Shown: positions 52,033 to 64,000 of the stretch, one piece after another | Position numbering within the stretch: the stretch's first letter is position 1 | Layout: each line of letters begins with the position of its first letter | DNA from: Lingula anatina | Taxonomy: Eukaryota > Animalia > Brachiopoda | Length of the DNA stretch: 64,000 nucleotides | Reading direction: 5' to 3' | Assembly: GCA_051362555.1 (NCBI GenBank) | Contig: CM120645.1 | Coordinates: 3,224,001-3,288,000, forward strand | Notes under the pieces: generated by a model | The model's database searches: none | What the model was told of the DNA's origin: nothing | The model's input: only the letters and a program-made list of their open reading frames with translations | Position numbers and translations under genes: made by a program

Positions 52033-53815
52033 ATGCACTTGTTCCTGGCTATAGTGCTGTTTGCCAGCCTGGCGGTTACCGAAGGTAAGTTCCAACATGC
52101 TTCGTAGGTCGATCTTCTCTTACCAAGGGGTTCCACGAACCTTTGACTGCATTTCCATTTGCAACCTCTTAGAGCGCTTGACCTAACCTAGTGTAGGAAC
52201 GTTTCCCAGAAAACGAGATTTAAGCAGAGGCCGTAACAGAGATAGTCGCCCATTGTTCCCCGGTCTCTATTCATTTCGACCAATGAGAGACCGGCAAACG
52301 CGCTCCACCCCAAAGTGTGTAATGTCCTTTGTAAGAACTGCTTGCTTTTAGCAACTCCAATAAAGTTGTTTTTATTTTTGCTGCAGCTGCCCCCCCCCCC
52401 CCTAAAAAAGCCTAAAAGTTGATCTGAAGACGAAATATTTAGTGCACTCCAGTTCAGGATAAACCCATAGCGGTTCATTAAAACAAAGGTTTGGTACGAG
52501 TCATAATTTAGTGAGAAACCTCTACTAAATCTCTCGTCCAAAATAGCTGAATAAACAAGGATATGCCCATTTTAAGAAACTGATAACATGCCTGATACAG
52601 GTGTCCCATATATGTATATAACAAAGTCACAGTCACCTTAGCCTGTCTATCTATAACAGGGTACCGAGAACTGTCAACTTTATTAATTTCACTCCATCAC
52701 ATTTACAGCAACTTATTCATCCTAGTGTTAGCTGACCTTGCAAGGAATTCAGTTTATTGGAATGTATTTCTGAATAACAAGTTAAGAAAATTCACTAGTT
52801 CACTAAAGACACAAAACAACTGGCACATCTACTTTAAAACACTTTTTTTATTATTTTGATAAAGTTAGTTACAGTATTGATAAACAAAGTATCACGTTTT
52901 CAATAATTAATATTTTAAATTACAATCCATGTCTGCAAGGTTGTGTCAATGACCAAAATACGACGTTGAGTCAACGTCACATTATGACGGTGTTTTGACG
53001 TGGCTGGATCAACGTTTATTTTACGTCGAATTTAGGTAGATCAACAGCAATTCAACGTATCAACCTGTTTTCAACGTTGATCCAACGCGACACTGCCTGC
53101 TTGGTGAAGGGTCGTTTTTGTGATCTCTTGGTTTATTAATTAGTTTTTCAGCTTATGTTTTTTTCGCGATTGACCGATGATTTATTCAATCGTTTCATTT
53201 GTTGTATGGTTGACTATGTAATTAAATGATTAAATTTGCTATAACTTTAGTAGTTGATTGGTGATTTGATAGTGAAACGACTGGTTTGTATGATAATTTG
53301 TCATCCAAATAGTGAATGACTGACTGTTACATTGGTTTGCAGGGGCATACATCAGCCCTCCGTTCCTTCTGAGGCACAGATTTAGCGGCCAATGTTACGC
53401 CTATGCTGAATCGTGGTTCTTTGGCATGCATTATGAAACATTCCGTGCAGACGATTGCAGCAAGTCGACATTACTGCGCTGGTATCAGAAGGAAGGGCAA
53501 TTGGGCTATCTGAAGGTCGAAGGCTCTGACGGACATTGTTTGACTCCCCTCGGTAGTTCGGCTGAACCAGCGGATAATACAGCAATTTTCCCACACCCAA
53601 AATGCGATAATGCTGCATTGTTTACAATCGAAGAAGGAGAAGGTCGGATCAAACATTCTGGGGGCAAATATGTTCACACGTCCCCATATAACCAAGAAAA
53701 GCCAGGCGTCAATTCCGATTTGATCATACGCGGAGGAACTTCCCAATACAATCAGTTTGACTTTGTTGACAAGCAACTCAATAAAGTTCAGGTTATTCCA
53801 AACGATCTGGTGTAG
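52033..53815 (+). CDS. Secreted mytilectin-like (MytiLec/CGL family) beta-trefoil lectin, 2 exons, about 174 aa
   Basis: Exon 52033-52084 (signal peptide MHLFLAIVLFASLAVTEG) joins exon 53343-53815 in phase 1. FLLRHRFSG, GYLK...CLTPLGSSAEPADNT, ALFTI...IKHSGGKYVH and FDFV follow the three-repeat mytilectin pattern as I recall it (FLIKH..SG, GYIKH..HPLGG..PPNET, ALF..IIH..GKYIH, FIFV). Confidence 0.78.
52935..53104. repeat. CAACGT/ACGTTG-rich degenerate repeat in the lectin intron (probable DNA transposon relic)
   Basis: Multiple tcaacgt/acgttga motifs in both orientations, ending gcctgcttgg. Confidence 0.5.
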
Positions 53816-55089
53816 GACACTGGATTATAATCAGAGACCAATCAGTATCCCCAATAAGAAAAATTAGATATTGGTGCAATTGCCTGTGAATCTTATTCAT
53901 TTAGAATAACTTTATTTTTTTTCTCTCTCTGCTATGCCAAATTTCACGGATTGGGTTTTTGTCTCTTTTTCCACTGTCATTTTCAGTATTCAGATTTTTC
54001 TAATAACATACCTATAGAGGTATTTAGCGAACACACAAAGACGTTTATTCTGGTTGGGTTTACGTAATAAACAGTGGAGCATTAAGGTTGCTGTCGCTGA
54101 GAATTACACATTCTAAAATATGGTATTTGAATTCAATTCATTATAAACAGTATCACCATAATGAAATCACTTTAAAACCCAAAAATATAGTTCATGATAC
54201 ACGTTTCTCATTTCCATTGCCTTCGTAGTGTACGATTACTACCTTATATTATATTCTATTCTATACGTCAATACCTCAACTTGTAGTCATATTAAGTTAT
54301 CTTTATTTCTTACTCTGATACCTCTCTTATTTTGGTGGAGGAACCAAAAAATGAGCAAAATGATAAAAAAGGTTCTGATTTTTTCTTAACGGACAGTTGT
54401 TCAGCATGGAGGACATCTTTCACTTTTGCTGCACCCAGATTTAGTTTCACCGAGGAGGTCGTTGTTGGGACTCCTTGGTTTGAGACATTTCGATTTTAGA
54501 CAGTACTTGTAAACTACACTTTACCTGTAAATCCACATATTTGTAATAAAAGTAGAAAGATTCAGGACCACAGACACGTGCTTGACTTGTTTTTTTTTAT
54601 CACGTCTCTCCGTTTGTTACCCTGAATCCTAATTTTTGCATGTTATTTATTTATTTATTTATTTTGCTTGCCCCTTTTCTTTGGAACAAATTTATTATTA
54701 TTTAAAGATCTGTTCATGGAAAGTGTTTTTATTACTCTCTTCAAAATGCTCAACAAACAACGCGTACTTAAATTTTTAATAATAAACGTATCAGACCGTG
54801 TTTATATTTTTGTAATTATTTAACGGAATAATTTCCAATTGAATTCCTCGTAAATAATTCAGACTTATGATTGCTTGAATAAGGCCTTATAGTTCATGGG
54901 CCAAATACCGACCCCCCCCCCCCTTATTGATTTTCGTTCACTATGTCTTTCTAATAGGCCCTTTGCTTGTTGCCATTAAACTGGTGGTGGGTGTGTGTGT
55001 GCTACAGCCGTTATCATGGTAACACACGGGATAAAAACTGACAGTTCTGACACCAACAAAATCTAAAATATTTCAAATGCATTGACTAA

Positions 55090-56450
55090 ATGGAATTTAA
55101 AATCATTCTCGACATGTAGTCTAAGAAATGCACTAGAAATGATAATTTTTATTTAATTATTAAAGAATTAGAATATCAGAGATATTTTGATGTACCAGTG
55201 TAGCCTGGAGTCTCTACTTTTTGCCTAATAGTGCTTGTTCAAGGTGCAATCTTTATATTGAGATGAAAAATCCTGAAATCCAATATGGCTGCCACAAAAT
55301 ATGTCTTTTACATATAGCTGTCCTGTCTGGAAATATGGCAGATTTGTCATCCCAAATTAAAATCTCCATTACTTTTGATGTATTGAATATGAAAACAGAA
55401 CCGTTTTCAATTACTTGAGTTAATTTGGATTACAGTATGGCTTTCAAATTTCAAAATGGCCGCCAATGATAATGAAATTACATCTTTTTAACCAGTGGAC
55501 TGAAAAGTGAGAGCTATATTCCTCATTTCATCTAAAGTTTGGATGAGAACTTATTTTCATGATACTGCTCATCACTTCTAGATGTGCGGCCATGTAAAAT
55601 GATTAAAAAAGAAAGATTAAATGGTCAACAATAACCGAAGACTAGGTAACAGCAAATCTTGATTGGCTTTACAATGAACATTCTTCATTGAAAAAGACTA
55701 CAACCAAGACATTTCACCTGTTACCAAAAAGCCCTAATCCTGAATATGCAATAAATATGGACAAGTATTTCCATGAAATCAGTGTACAAAGGTCATATTT
55801 GATTTTAATTGACTGCACAACTTTTAGAATTATACGTTAATTTCTTGCATTAAAAATTAATACCCTCACTGTTATGGCCAACTGTGGCCATGTTGAATTT
55901 TGGAACGGCCAAGCAAATATAATTTGGCCAAAATCTTTTGAAAATTGAAATTCCCAGTGAAATCGCAATAAATAGATATTATTTATATTTTGATAATAGG
56001 TTATGTTCATCAGAAAGTGTAAGAGGCATTTTGAAAGGAAAAAGTAACATTTATTCATTTAGCACAGCAATATGTAAACCGTGTTTTGAGATGGGCACCT
56101 TGGGTTTCAGGTTTTTACACTAAAAAAAAGGGGGTTTGGAGTAACGGTCACTGTACACAGTAATTATGTAATTCAGATCCGATCAACTTATCCAAAAACC
56201 TAACAGTTTTCAATTCTAATGCTAAGTTTACAAAAAGCTAATTAACATGAATCTGCCACTATCTTGGAATGGCTGCCATTTTGGCAATTTAACTATGATA
56301 TTTTTTCAAATAATTTCATTAATTGCTGAGGCCCAAGTCTAATTTTTTAAAGCTTATAATACACAGAGTTCATATATTTGAAATACATGATAATTTAAAG
56401 GTCTCAGACTTTATAATTTAAAAACTCCTGTGTTACTATGGCAACAGCTA
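55090..56450. mobile_element. Old DNA-transposon-like relic with caa(a/t)atggc(c/t)gcc motifs
   Basis: Motifs at about 55281, 55452 and 56269; no intact ORF; boundaries uncertain. Confidence 0.3.
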
Positions 56451-56464
56451 AATCTGTCACAACC

Positions 56465-56465
<1 letters not shown>

Positions 56466-56509
<44 letters not shown>

Positions 56510-58370
56510 TTATTTTGAATCTAAAATCCACGATTACATGTTCAGAAGACTTTACATATACATAAAACTATTACTGCAGAATCAATTATTAGGAATAGAT
56601 AAATAAACAAATTACAGGGCTTAACGAGAAAAAATTAAGAGTATTCTAGATAAAACATACGTTTCATCACATAAAAGCACTTACAGTACATAACTAAATA
56701 TGTTTGTTAAAAAAAAATAATCAATTCTGGGTAAAAAAAAAAGAACAGCCCTATTTGCACATAGTAAAATTATAAGTAGAACAGCCTTATTTCTTACGGT
56801 GCAAATATGCAATTACTACAAAATTTGTAAAATCAACTTAAAAGTTAATTAATCAAAAAATTTCCTGAATAGTTATGTCTTCAATTCTTTTTTAAAATGC
56901 TTGGTAGACTCATTTGATCGGATTTTCAGTGGTTATAAATTCCATTCCTTTGGACCTGATGATTTAAAAGAAATGTCACCATAAGTTTTAGGCGCATTTT
57001 TACCAGCTTATATAAGTAACAATTTGTCTACAGACCGCACGTTTCTTGCTGGGACATAGTGAGTGACTAATTCACTAAGTAGATCGGTGCAACTTTGTAA
57101 AAAGCGTCATGAACAAAGACTAGAAATTTAAATAAAATACTGGCTTGCAGAGGTAGCTAATGTAACTCTTTTAAAACTGGGATGATACGGAAACTCATGG
57201 ATGTACGGGTTGATAATCTAGCTGAGATGTTCTGAATACGCTGCAGTCTTTTAATCTTTTTTTTTTTTTTTTTTTTTGACAACCATAAAATAGAATTACA
57301 GTAACCCAATCTAGACGTTACTAAACAATTTGTAACTGTAGCTGCAGCAGAGTCAGATAGGTGATTACGAATTACGCATATGTTCCTAATGTTAAATACT
57401 GCTGACTTGCATATGCTAGCAATTTGATTATTCATAGGAAGAGTTCTATCTAAAAAAGACCAAGATATCTTAGCATGGGGCGTTGGCTTTATGATACTGG
57501 ATCCAATTTTGAGTTCAACTTTTTTCTGATATTTTTTGATTATGTGGCTGGGTTACAACTAAAAGTTCAGATTTTCCATCATTGATTTTGAACTTATTTC
57601 TTATCAATCACCCTCGTAGATCATCAATACACTTAGACAGCTTTTCAATTGATTCATTAGGATTGTTTTACATTACAGCATGTAAAAATTTGCGTATCAT
57701 CAGCATAGATGTGATAGTCAAAACTGTGATGTCTCAATATGGCCCCAATGGGTAATGTATACAGCTACATCCAAAAAGCTAGAGGTCCAAGAACACTACC
57801 TTGAGGTGAACCAAAAGCTAACTCTGATACATTTGACAATATTCCATTAATTAAAACCTGTTGTGAGCGACCTGTAAGATAAGAGCGTAAAAGACTAAGT
57901 GCAGAGTCCCTGATATCAACATCATCTTCGGGAAAAGATAAAAATAGTTCATGATCGATTGTATCAAAAGCTGCAGACAGGACAAATAAGACTAAAAGAA
58001 TCATTGAGTGTTCATTGACTCCACACGGGAGATCACTTTTTTATTCTTAGCAGTGGTGATTCAGTACTGTGTCTGGCCTAAATGTGATAGTAATCTTGCA
58101 GCAATGACCCTTTCAACGGTTTTTGATAGAAACGAGAGGTTAGACACAGATCTGTAATTTCCAAATGTATCAGTGTCTAGAGATGGCTTTTTTAGTAGGG
58201 CTTGAACCACACCTTTCTTGAGTTGACCAGTGAAAGAACCAGAAACAAAACTAGTACTGATGATGTGTGTTATCAGGTTGATGACAGCAGGGAGTATCTG
58301 AACCATGGGCGCTGTCGACATTGGATCAAGTATGCATGACGTCTTCTTAGAATTGTTAATTATTTTTGTA
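56466..58370 (-). mobile_element. 5'-truncated, decayed non-LTR retrotransposon (L2/CR1-like RT)
   Basis: Minus-strand fragments NYRSVSNLSFLSKTVERVI, LSAAFDTIDH, GSPQGSVLGPL, YADD (about 57696-57707), TSRLGYCNS and LQRIQN, with frameshifts. The 3' end has AATAAA followed by a (TTA)n tail at 56466-56506. Confidence 0.9.
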
Positions 58371-58592
58371 ATGTAATATTTTCATCTTGATGACTTCATG
58401 GTTTGGCAACAAAGCTAGAAAACGTGTCAGTTTTGGTGTTTCAACTTCAAAGTTTTACAATTAAAGCAAAAATAACCTTTCGACTAATTATTTCCTGTGG
58501 GAGAAAAAAATCTTTTCAAGGGGTAAGCACTCTGTATACTGCTCCTAGCGCTTCCATCCTGTTGTCAGCAATACACAGAGCCAGCCGCATCT

Positions 58593-59051
58593 TTAGTCGA
58601 CTTCTTCATTAATTCTTTTGTAATCCATTCGATAAACGTAATACTCAATCTCATACATGACAACGGGCTTGATATAATGAAATGAGATGGGGTACCTGCT
58701 ACAGCATTCAAAACCCTGGAAAAGATTAAGAAAAAATACAGATCAGCGGTAGTTATTGGTAATGAAGTATATTCTATACTGATGTACACGCAAGAGTGCT
58801 AAAATATCAAGGCCAAAGTTAACATAAAGTAACAGTAGGTACTAGTAGTATGTTTTCGTCGGGATGTCTAGGTTGAACGTTTTGAATCTGCAATAATACA
58901 ATTGTTCAATAAAGAAAAGTTGACATTTGTAGTAAAATCTGTTTAACCAAATTGAACAACAGTGTAGTAAACGGGGCAATTTTACAAAAAAATAAAAATA
59001 AAATAATAAATAAATAAATAAATAAATGAATAAATAAATAAAAAATAATAA

Positions 59052-59118
<67 letters not shown>

Positions 59119-59581
59119 TGGCGAATTTGTCTAGTTTCGTTTGTTATGCTGTTTTTAACAATACAAGGGCGGGAGGGGTGAGCTCCGAAGGGGTGGGTGT
59201 GGAGGAGGCAGTGGCCCGCTGTAAGCACCACCCCCTTAGTCTGCCTTCGTATCTTCAGGGCCCCATCTAAATAAAATATATAATCATAAAATTTAAGATC
59301 GGCTGGTGTGGACTTTATCCTACCCACCTCCACTGCCCCATGAGCGTCCCCCTTTTTATACCAGTCAGCGTAGTGGCCCTTCAGGTGGACATAAGGAGGA
59401 AAAATCATAAACCGCTCTCTGCCCAACTCGTCCCGAGTGTCCACCGGTTCGGCACCAACACTTAACAAGCATTTCGCCGTTTTCATGTCCTCGGCTGATG
59501 TCCAGAAAACAAATGGCAGATTAAAATACTAAATCAAGTCAGAATATTTTTTGTTGATTTTAAGCCTATTGCGTGATCAGT

Positions 59582-59621
<40 letters not shown>

Positions 59622-60962
59622 GGTACCCTGGATATGCTACATGTGTAAGAACATAATGTTTATTGAGACAGAATATATGTTTGAAGCTAATAGAACGGTG
59701 CAATGTGACATCTTCTCTACCACAATCTATCTCCTGTATTTCCAATTTGTGTGATTATGAATACAGTTGCCTATAAAGACTGCTTGGATTTTCACGTATA
59801 CTTTAAGGTTATAAATGTTGTTAAAATATGCTGGGCAAATACCGTCATGCGGATTTCATTAGAAATATATATATTGACTATTGAACATTTTAACACGTGT
59901 CACGTAAACATACTGGTATGTGTCAGCTGTAACGAAAAGAGATCTGTTAGAGATATGCAACTTGAATAATAATAGGTTAAAAAGATGAAACGATATACAG
60001 GCTGTTCCTTATACAACGACCTATTTTGAATTGAGATGGAAAGCAAAAATGGTCGTTTTTATGGACCACCCTGTACATGTATGAAATACATACCCTCTCC
60101 GTCCTGCAGGCATTTCGGGTCGCTGTTAATGGCTTTCGTAACAAGCAATCTGACAGCTTCCCTGCTAAGCACCAACCCTGGACCTCCACTCATATACACG
60201 GACTTCTTAATTCTAGTATCAGCGTTGAATTCCCAATCACTGGGGTAAAACTGGTGTCCATAAAACTCTGCCCTCTTTGGGTCCCTAGATGTTAGATAAT
60301 GTTTCAAATTTTCTACAATTACGTATGTATCAGGGTCAGCTTTGATAAAGAAATCTGCTTCGTTCAGATGATGCTCGTAAATGTATTTCCATGCAGCTTT
60401 GGCCTTTTTTGCAATGTGTCCTCTCCCGGGTGGTACACGTAAACCAATTGTTGGGAACGTCTTATTTTCCATGGAGCTCATAAATAATGTGACGTCACAT
60501 CTTCTCGCCCACGTGTCTCTGACGTGAATAACACGCTTGTCGACATCTGGAGGATCAGTAAGTAGCCAACAAAGAACTCTTGGCATTGGAGGTCCTTTTT
60601 CTGTAAGCAAAGGTGAAATAATGTGTTTATATAGAAAAACATATCAGATAGCAAATCTGTTTTTATACTCCAAACATAAAGACGATCGAGATAGATTTGC
60701 TATGCATAAATGTAAACGTAGGACAGGGGCGGATCCAGAGAATTTTTCTGACAGTCTTCCATATTACGTTTGTTAATCCATCCTCCATTTTTGACCGTCT
60801 TCCGACAGAAAGAACAGATACCCGACGATGTAAACTTGAAAAGCTGACCGTCTTCCGATCTCAGAAGACGGCCTGAATCAGTACCTGCCTAATAATAAGT
60901 TGTTTCGCACTCTGTCTATCCCCTTTATTTTTCTTTGGTGTTTCATTCTACCGGTAGTCTAC

Positions 60963-61004
<42 letters not shown>

Positions 61005-61915
61005 TATACGTCTTTCTTGGGTGCACTGCAACTATTAATAAATCAACCATTTTTTTTGGCCCTCTGTCATGTTTCACTTGTTCACTCGTTCGTATTTTTC
61101 CAGTTTCAGTGCAGTTATTATGAGTACATCTCTGACTCATCATCCCAATCACCCCTTGTCTTTTTGAAATTTGTTTTTGAAAACACTTTTGATGCGGGAT
61201 CCCAAAGGGAAAATGAGATGAGATTACTTCAACAGGATAATTTTATCACAGGTGCTTTTTATTTCTCTTAAAATTCAATCATTAAAATAATTACAGTAAT
61301 CAAATATTTTCCCTGGGAATCGTCAATTGCGCATTTTGGTAGATAGTAAGATTTTCCATTTGGAGGGGGGGGGGGAGAAAGGAAGACGACAAGATGACTA
61401 AATCTGTTTGCATAGTCATTACCTTGACTAGAAAAGTATGCTTACGTTACAGATATTTCCCTAACCAGCCGTCTCTGTAATTGCAGATTTTTATAAGTCT
61501 CAGATTTGTATCTCAAAGCCTGCCTTAATTTTGACCACATAGATGCAAGTGTTCAAAAATTGCTTTTGTTAACGGCTCAAGCCAATGTTAAGATTTTAGC
61601 AGTGCATGCATTCTCTCATTATGATGCAGGCGGAATGCGACTACCTGTACAATAAGTGGTAGATAGTCGTTGGGATCCGTTTTATTAAAATCACTGGCCG
61701 AAAAGAAAGTTAAACAGGGCAACCATATTTTTAAAAGTTATACTGGAGAAATGAATTGTAGATCTCCGCTAATAACGAACGGTACCCCCCCCCCCCCACC
61801 CCTATTTACCTTACAGATGTATCCACAGCAGCGCTTCGCGGGCGCCAACACACTTCCACACACAAACACACTCACTTTAACTGTCGCACACACTCCAACT
61901 CTCTCTAGTAACCTT

Positions 61916-61977
<62 letters not shown>

Positions 61978-62187
61978 CACTTCCTGTGTATATTCTGATT
62001 ATGAAGAGAAAATATACGTTTAACATCTTTGTTACTTGTATTTTTACCTGGTCTCGAGGCATGCTGGTCCGTATCTACATGTATCTCCTCACGAGAACGA
62101 GTTAGTAGTCCTTGTATAACCAGTTGTACTGCTATGTTAGATATTACTATGGCGGGTATCACGGTGAAATAGATTTGGCTTCGCCAT
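58593..62187 (-). pseudogene. C1GALT1: C1GALT1-like copy B with a frameshifted first coding exon and intact catalytic exons
   Basis: Exons 62048-62187, 60094-60600, 59328-59494 and 58593-58715. ATGAGGCGA of copy A reads ATGGCGA here (2-nt deletion), giving a stop after 16 codons. Exons 2-4 keep their length and frame. Confidence 0.75.
60724..60886. mobile_element. Copy of the 27045 MITE family in C1GALT1-B intron 1
   Basis: Starts caggggcggatccag; paralogous to 48251-48417. Confidence 0.8.
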
Positions 62188-64000
62188 GTTCAATGAAAAA
62201 ATACTGTATTGGGGGTAGGTGATATGCCAAATGTTTCCCTCATGCCCCACAGGTGGTTTTCCATATGCATGTATATATTTCTGTGCACGTGTCCATTGCC
62301 ACATGACATTATTCTAGTCTCTCGTTTGACGAAGACTCTATTGCAAGTTAAATGAGGCCATTGTTCTAGCTTGTACGTACTGTACTTGTTTGAATACCTA
62401 ATGTATTCGCTAACGCCGGTGAATATGGGCAAAAATGAGGGACAAGATCTATGATAATATCCTGTAGAAAATATCTTTAACTTTGTTATGGACCTGATAT
62501 ATTCTAGCTTGGACTAAAAACACTCATTGGTCCAAATGAGCTTTTTTCTTTTAGATATGCATGTTTATGTGCATTATTTGACCTAATTCTATAGGACCTC
62601 GCATTTTGCGTGACAAATTTCATTAATGCATGTCTCGCCGAAAATAGGGGAGGCTGAGCAGCTTAGTAAATCTACGCGGAAGATCGAAGTAAGAGATAGT
62701 CAAGGTGCTGAAAAAGAGCTATAAATATCTACTGGTACAATCACATGTACATATGGGTCTGTAATACAATCTTTATACACAAACATGTAAGTGGAGGGCA
62801 TTTTTTGAGCTAAAAATAATTTATGTCACAGGCCCCCTGTGCAAGTTCGTATTGCGGAAAAAGTTTGAAGTCGGTAATCTATGGTTGGGCTTCTCTAAAC
62901 TTTAAACATTGACTTATTTTTCTTGTTCATGTTCAATTAGTACAGAAGAGAACAGTTTCTCTGATCATCTGATATATCCTGCGTCGTTTTTCAAAGCAGT
63001 TTTACGAAATTATTTTTAATACGAGGTTACACGGGGAAAGTGGAAAGTAATTATTTTAATAGCAGGGAAATTTTGTCACTGGTACCTTTTATGTCGTTTG
63101 AAACACAATTTCTGGCATTAAAGCTATTAAATATTTTTTGCATGTATCGAAAACTGCTCATGGATGGTTTAGTTGTTTTCACTTAAATAAATTATCTCAA
63201 TTAAATGCGTATGTGTGTGAATCTATATCTATTATATGTGTGTTTTCAAACGGGGAAAGAAGGGAGATTTGAGCCTACGTGATAATTGCGATAACCACAG
63301 CATAATTATGCTGCATTATTTTAATCACTTGAAAGGTTTGGCCGTAAGTTTGAGTCGTGTTTGTACTGTTTGTACATTGTACTGAATTATCATGTTTTTT
63401 TTTCAATATATAGAACGAAAAGAGAAGCCATACGTTCGAAATAACGGATCAAAATAAAGGAGTTTAGCATTCACTTTTAGTGACATAGGAACAAAATTAG
63501 ACGCTGACCAGCGATACACCTGCCTGAGAGGGCAGGGGGGGGGGGGGGGGGGCACGAAGTAAAATTTACGCCAGAAAGATTTCAAAGCCTTATTTAAGAA
63601 CAAAAAGAAAGCACAACCAATGTTGACGCACGCACGCTGTTTATGACAGCGGGTGGGAACCAGTGCAATACGAGCTGCATTTTTCTACATTTATTTACTT
63701 GGAGATACAGTGTTTGCCGGCAATGAAAGCGCAAGGGAATAAAACTGAGAAAAAACTCCTACTACTTCAACACGCTGGTCATACGTGAAACCTTTGTTTT
63801 AAAATCTAACTTTTTCAGAATGCACTGATGCCCCTTCTTGTTCGATAAGACAATAAGTTGGCGGCCAGTAGCAATTGGTATCGGTAAACTGGTAGAGCAG
63901 AGGCAGTTGATGTGTTCGACTGTCAAAATAAATGCTTTTGACCCAACTGAAATAAACTTTATTAAACAAACCTTCCAACAGGTGCTCATTGATTTATGAG

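Larger units (their letters stand above)
58371..64000. repeat. Segmental duplication, copy B (continues past the window end)
   Basis: Colinear with 46183-51545. Confidence 0.95.

Noticed and set aside
58842-59486. 214-aa ORF with a long poly-Leu/Phe hydrophobic tail
   Set aside because: Only 59328-59494 is exon; the rest is intron read-through across (TTA)n/(TTTA)n microsatellites.

Overview
Eukaryotic, AT-rich, intron-rich genomic DNA from an invertebrate animal; a lophotrochozoan or mollusc is inferred from the lectin types. The supplied ORF track misses most real exons, so I assembled gene models by hand from GT-AG junctions and frame continuity. Left to right: PMPCB (minus, 13 exons), whose 6.9-kb intron 3 hosts a nested antisense H-type-lectin-like gene, a decayed paralogous exon and DNA transposon relics; HSD17B10 (minus); a sortilin/VPS10 receptor (plus, 23 exons) head-to-head with it; a 12-exon type I membrane protein with a bacterial-type beta-lactamase/serine-hydrolase ectodomain that has lost its catalytic residues; a C1GALT1-like galactosyltransferase (minus); a secreted mytilectin-like beta-trefoil lectin (plus); a decayed L2/CR1-type LINE; and a second, frameshifted C1GALT1-like copy from a duplication offset by about 12.2 kb. 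The most unusual signals are (i) the intron-containing, catalytically dead beta-lactamase-fold receptor with endocytic motifs, (ii) five separate tandem repeats on or abutting splice sites in three genes, and (iii) co-location of Gal/GalNAc glycan-synthesis and lectin genes. Family assignments rest on recognised motifs, not database searches.
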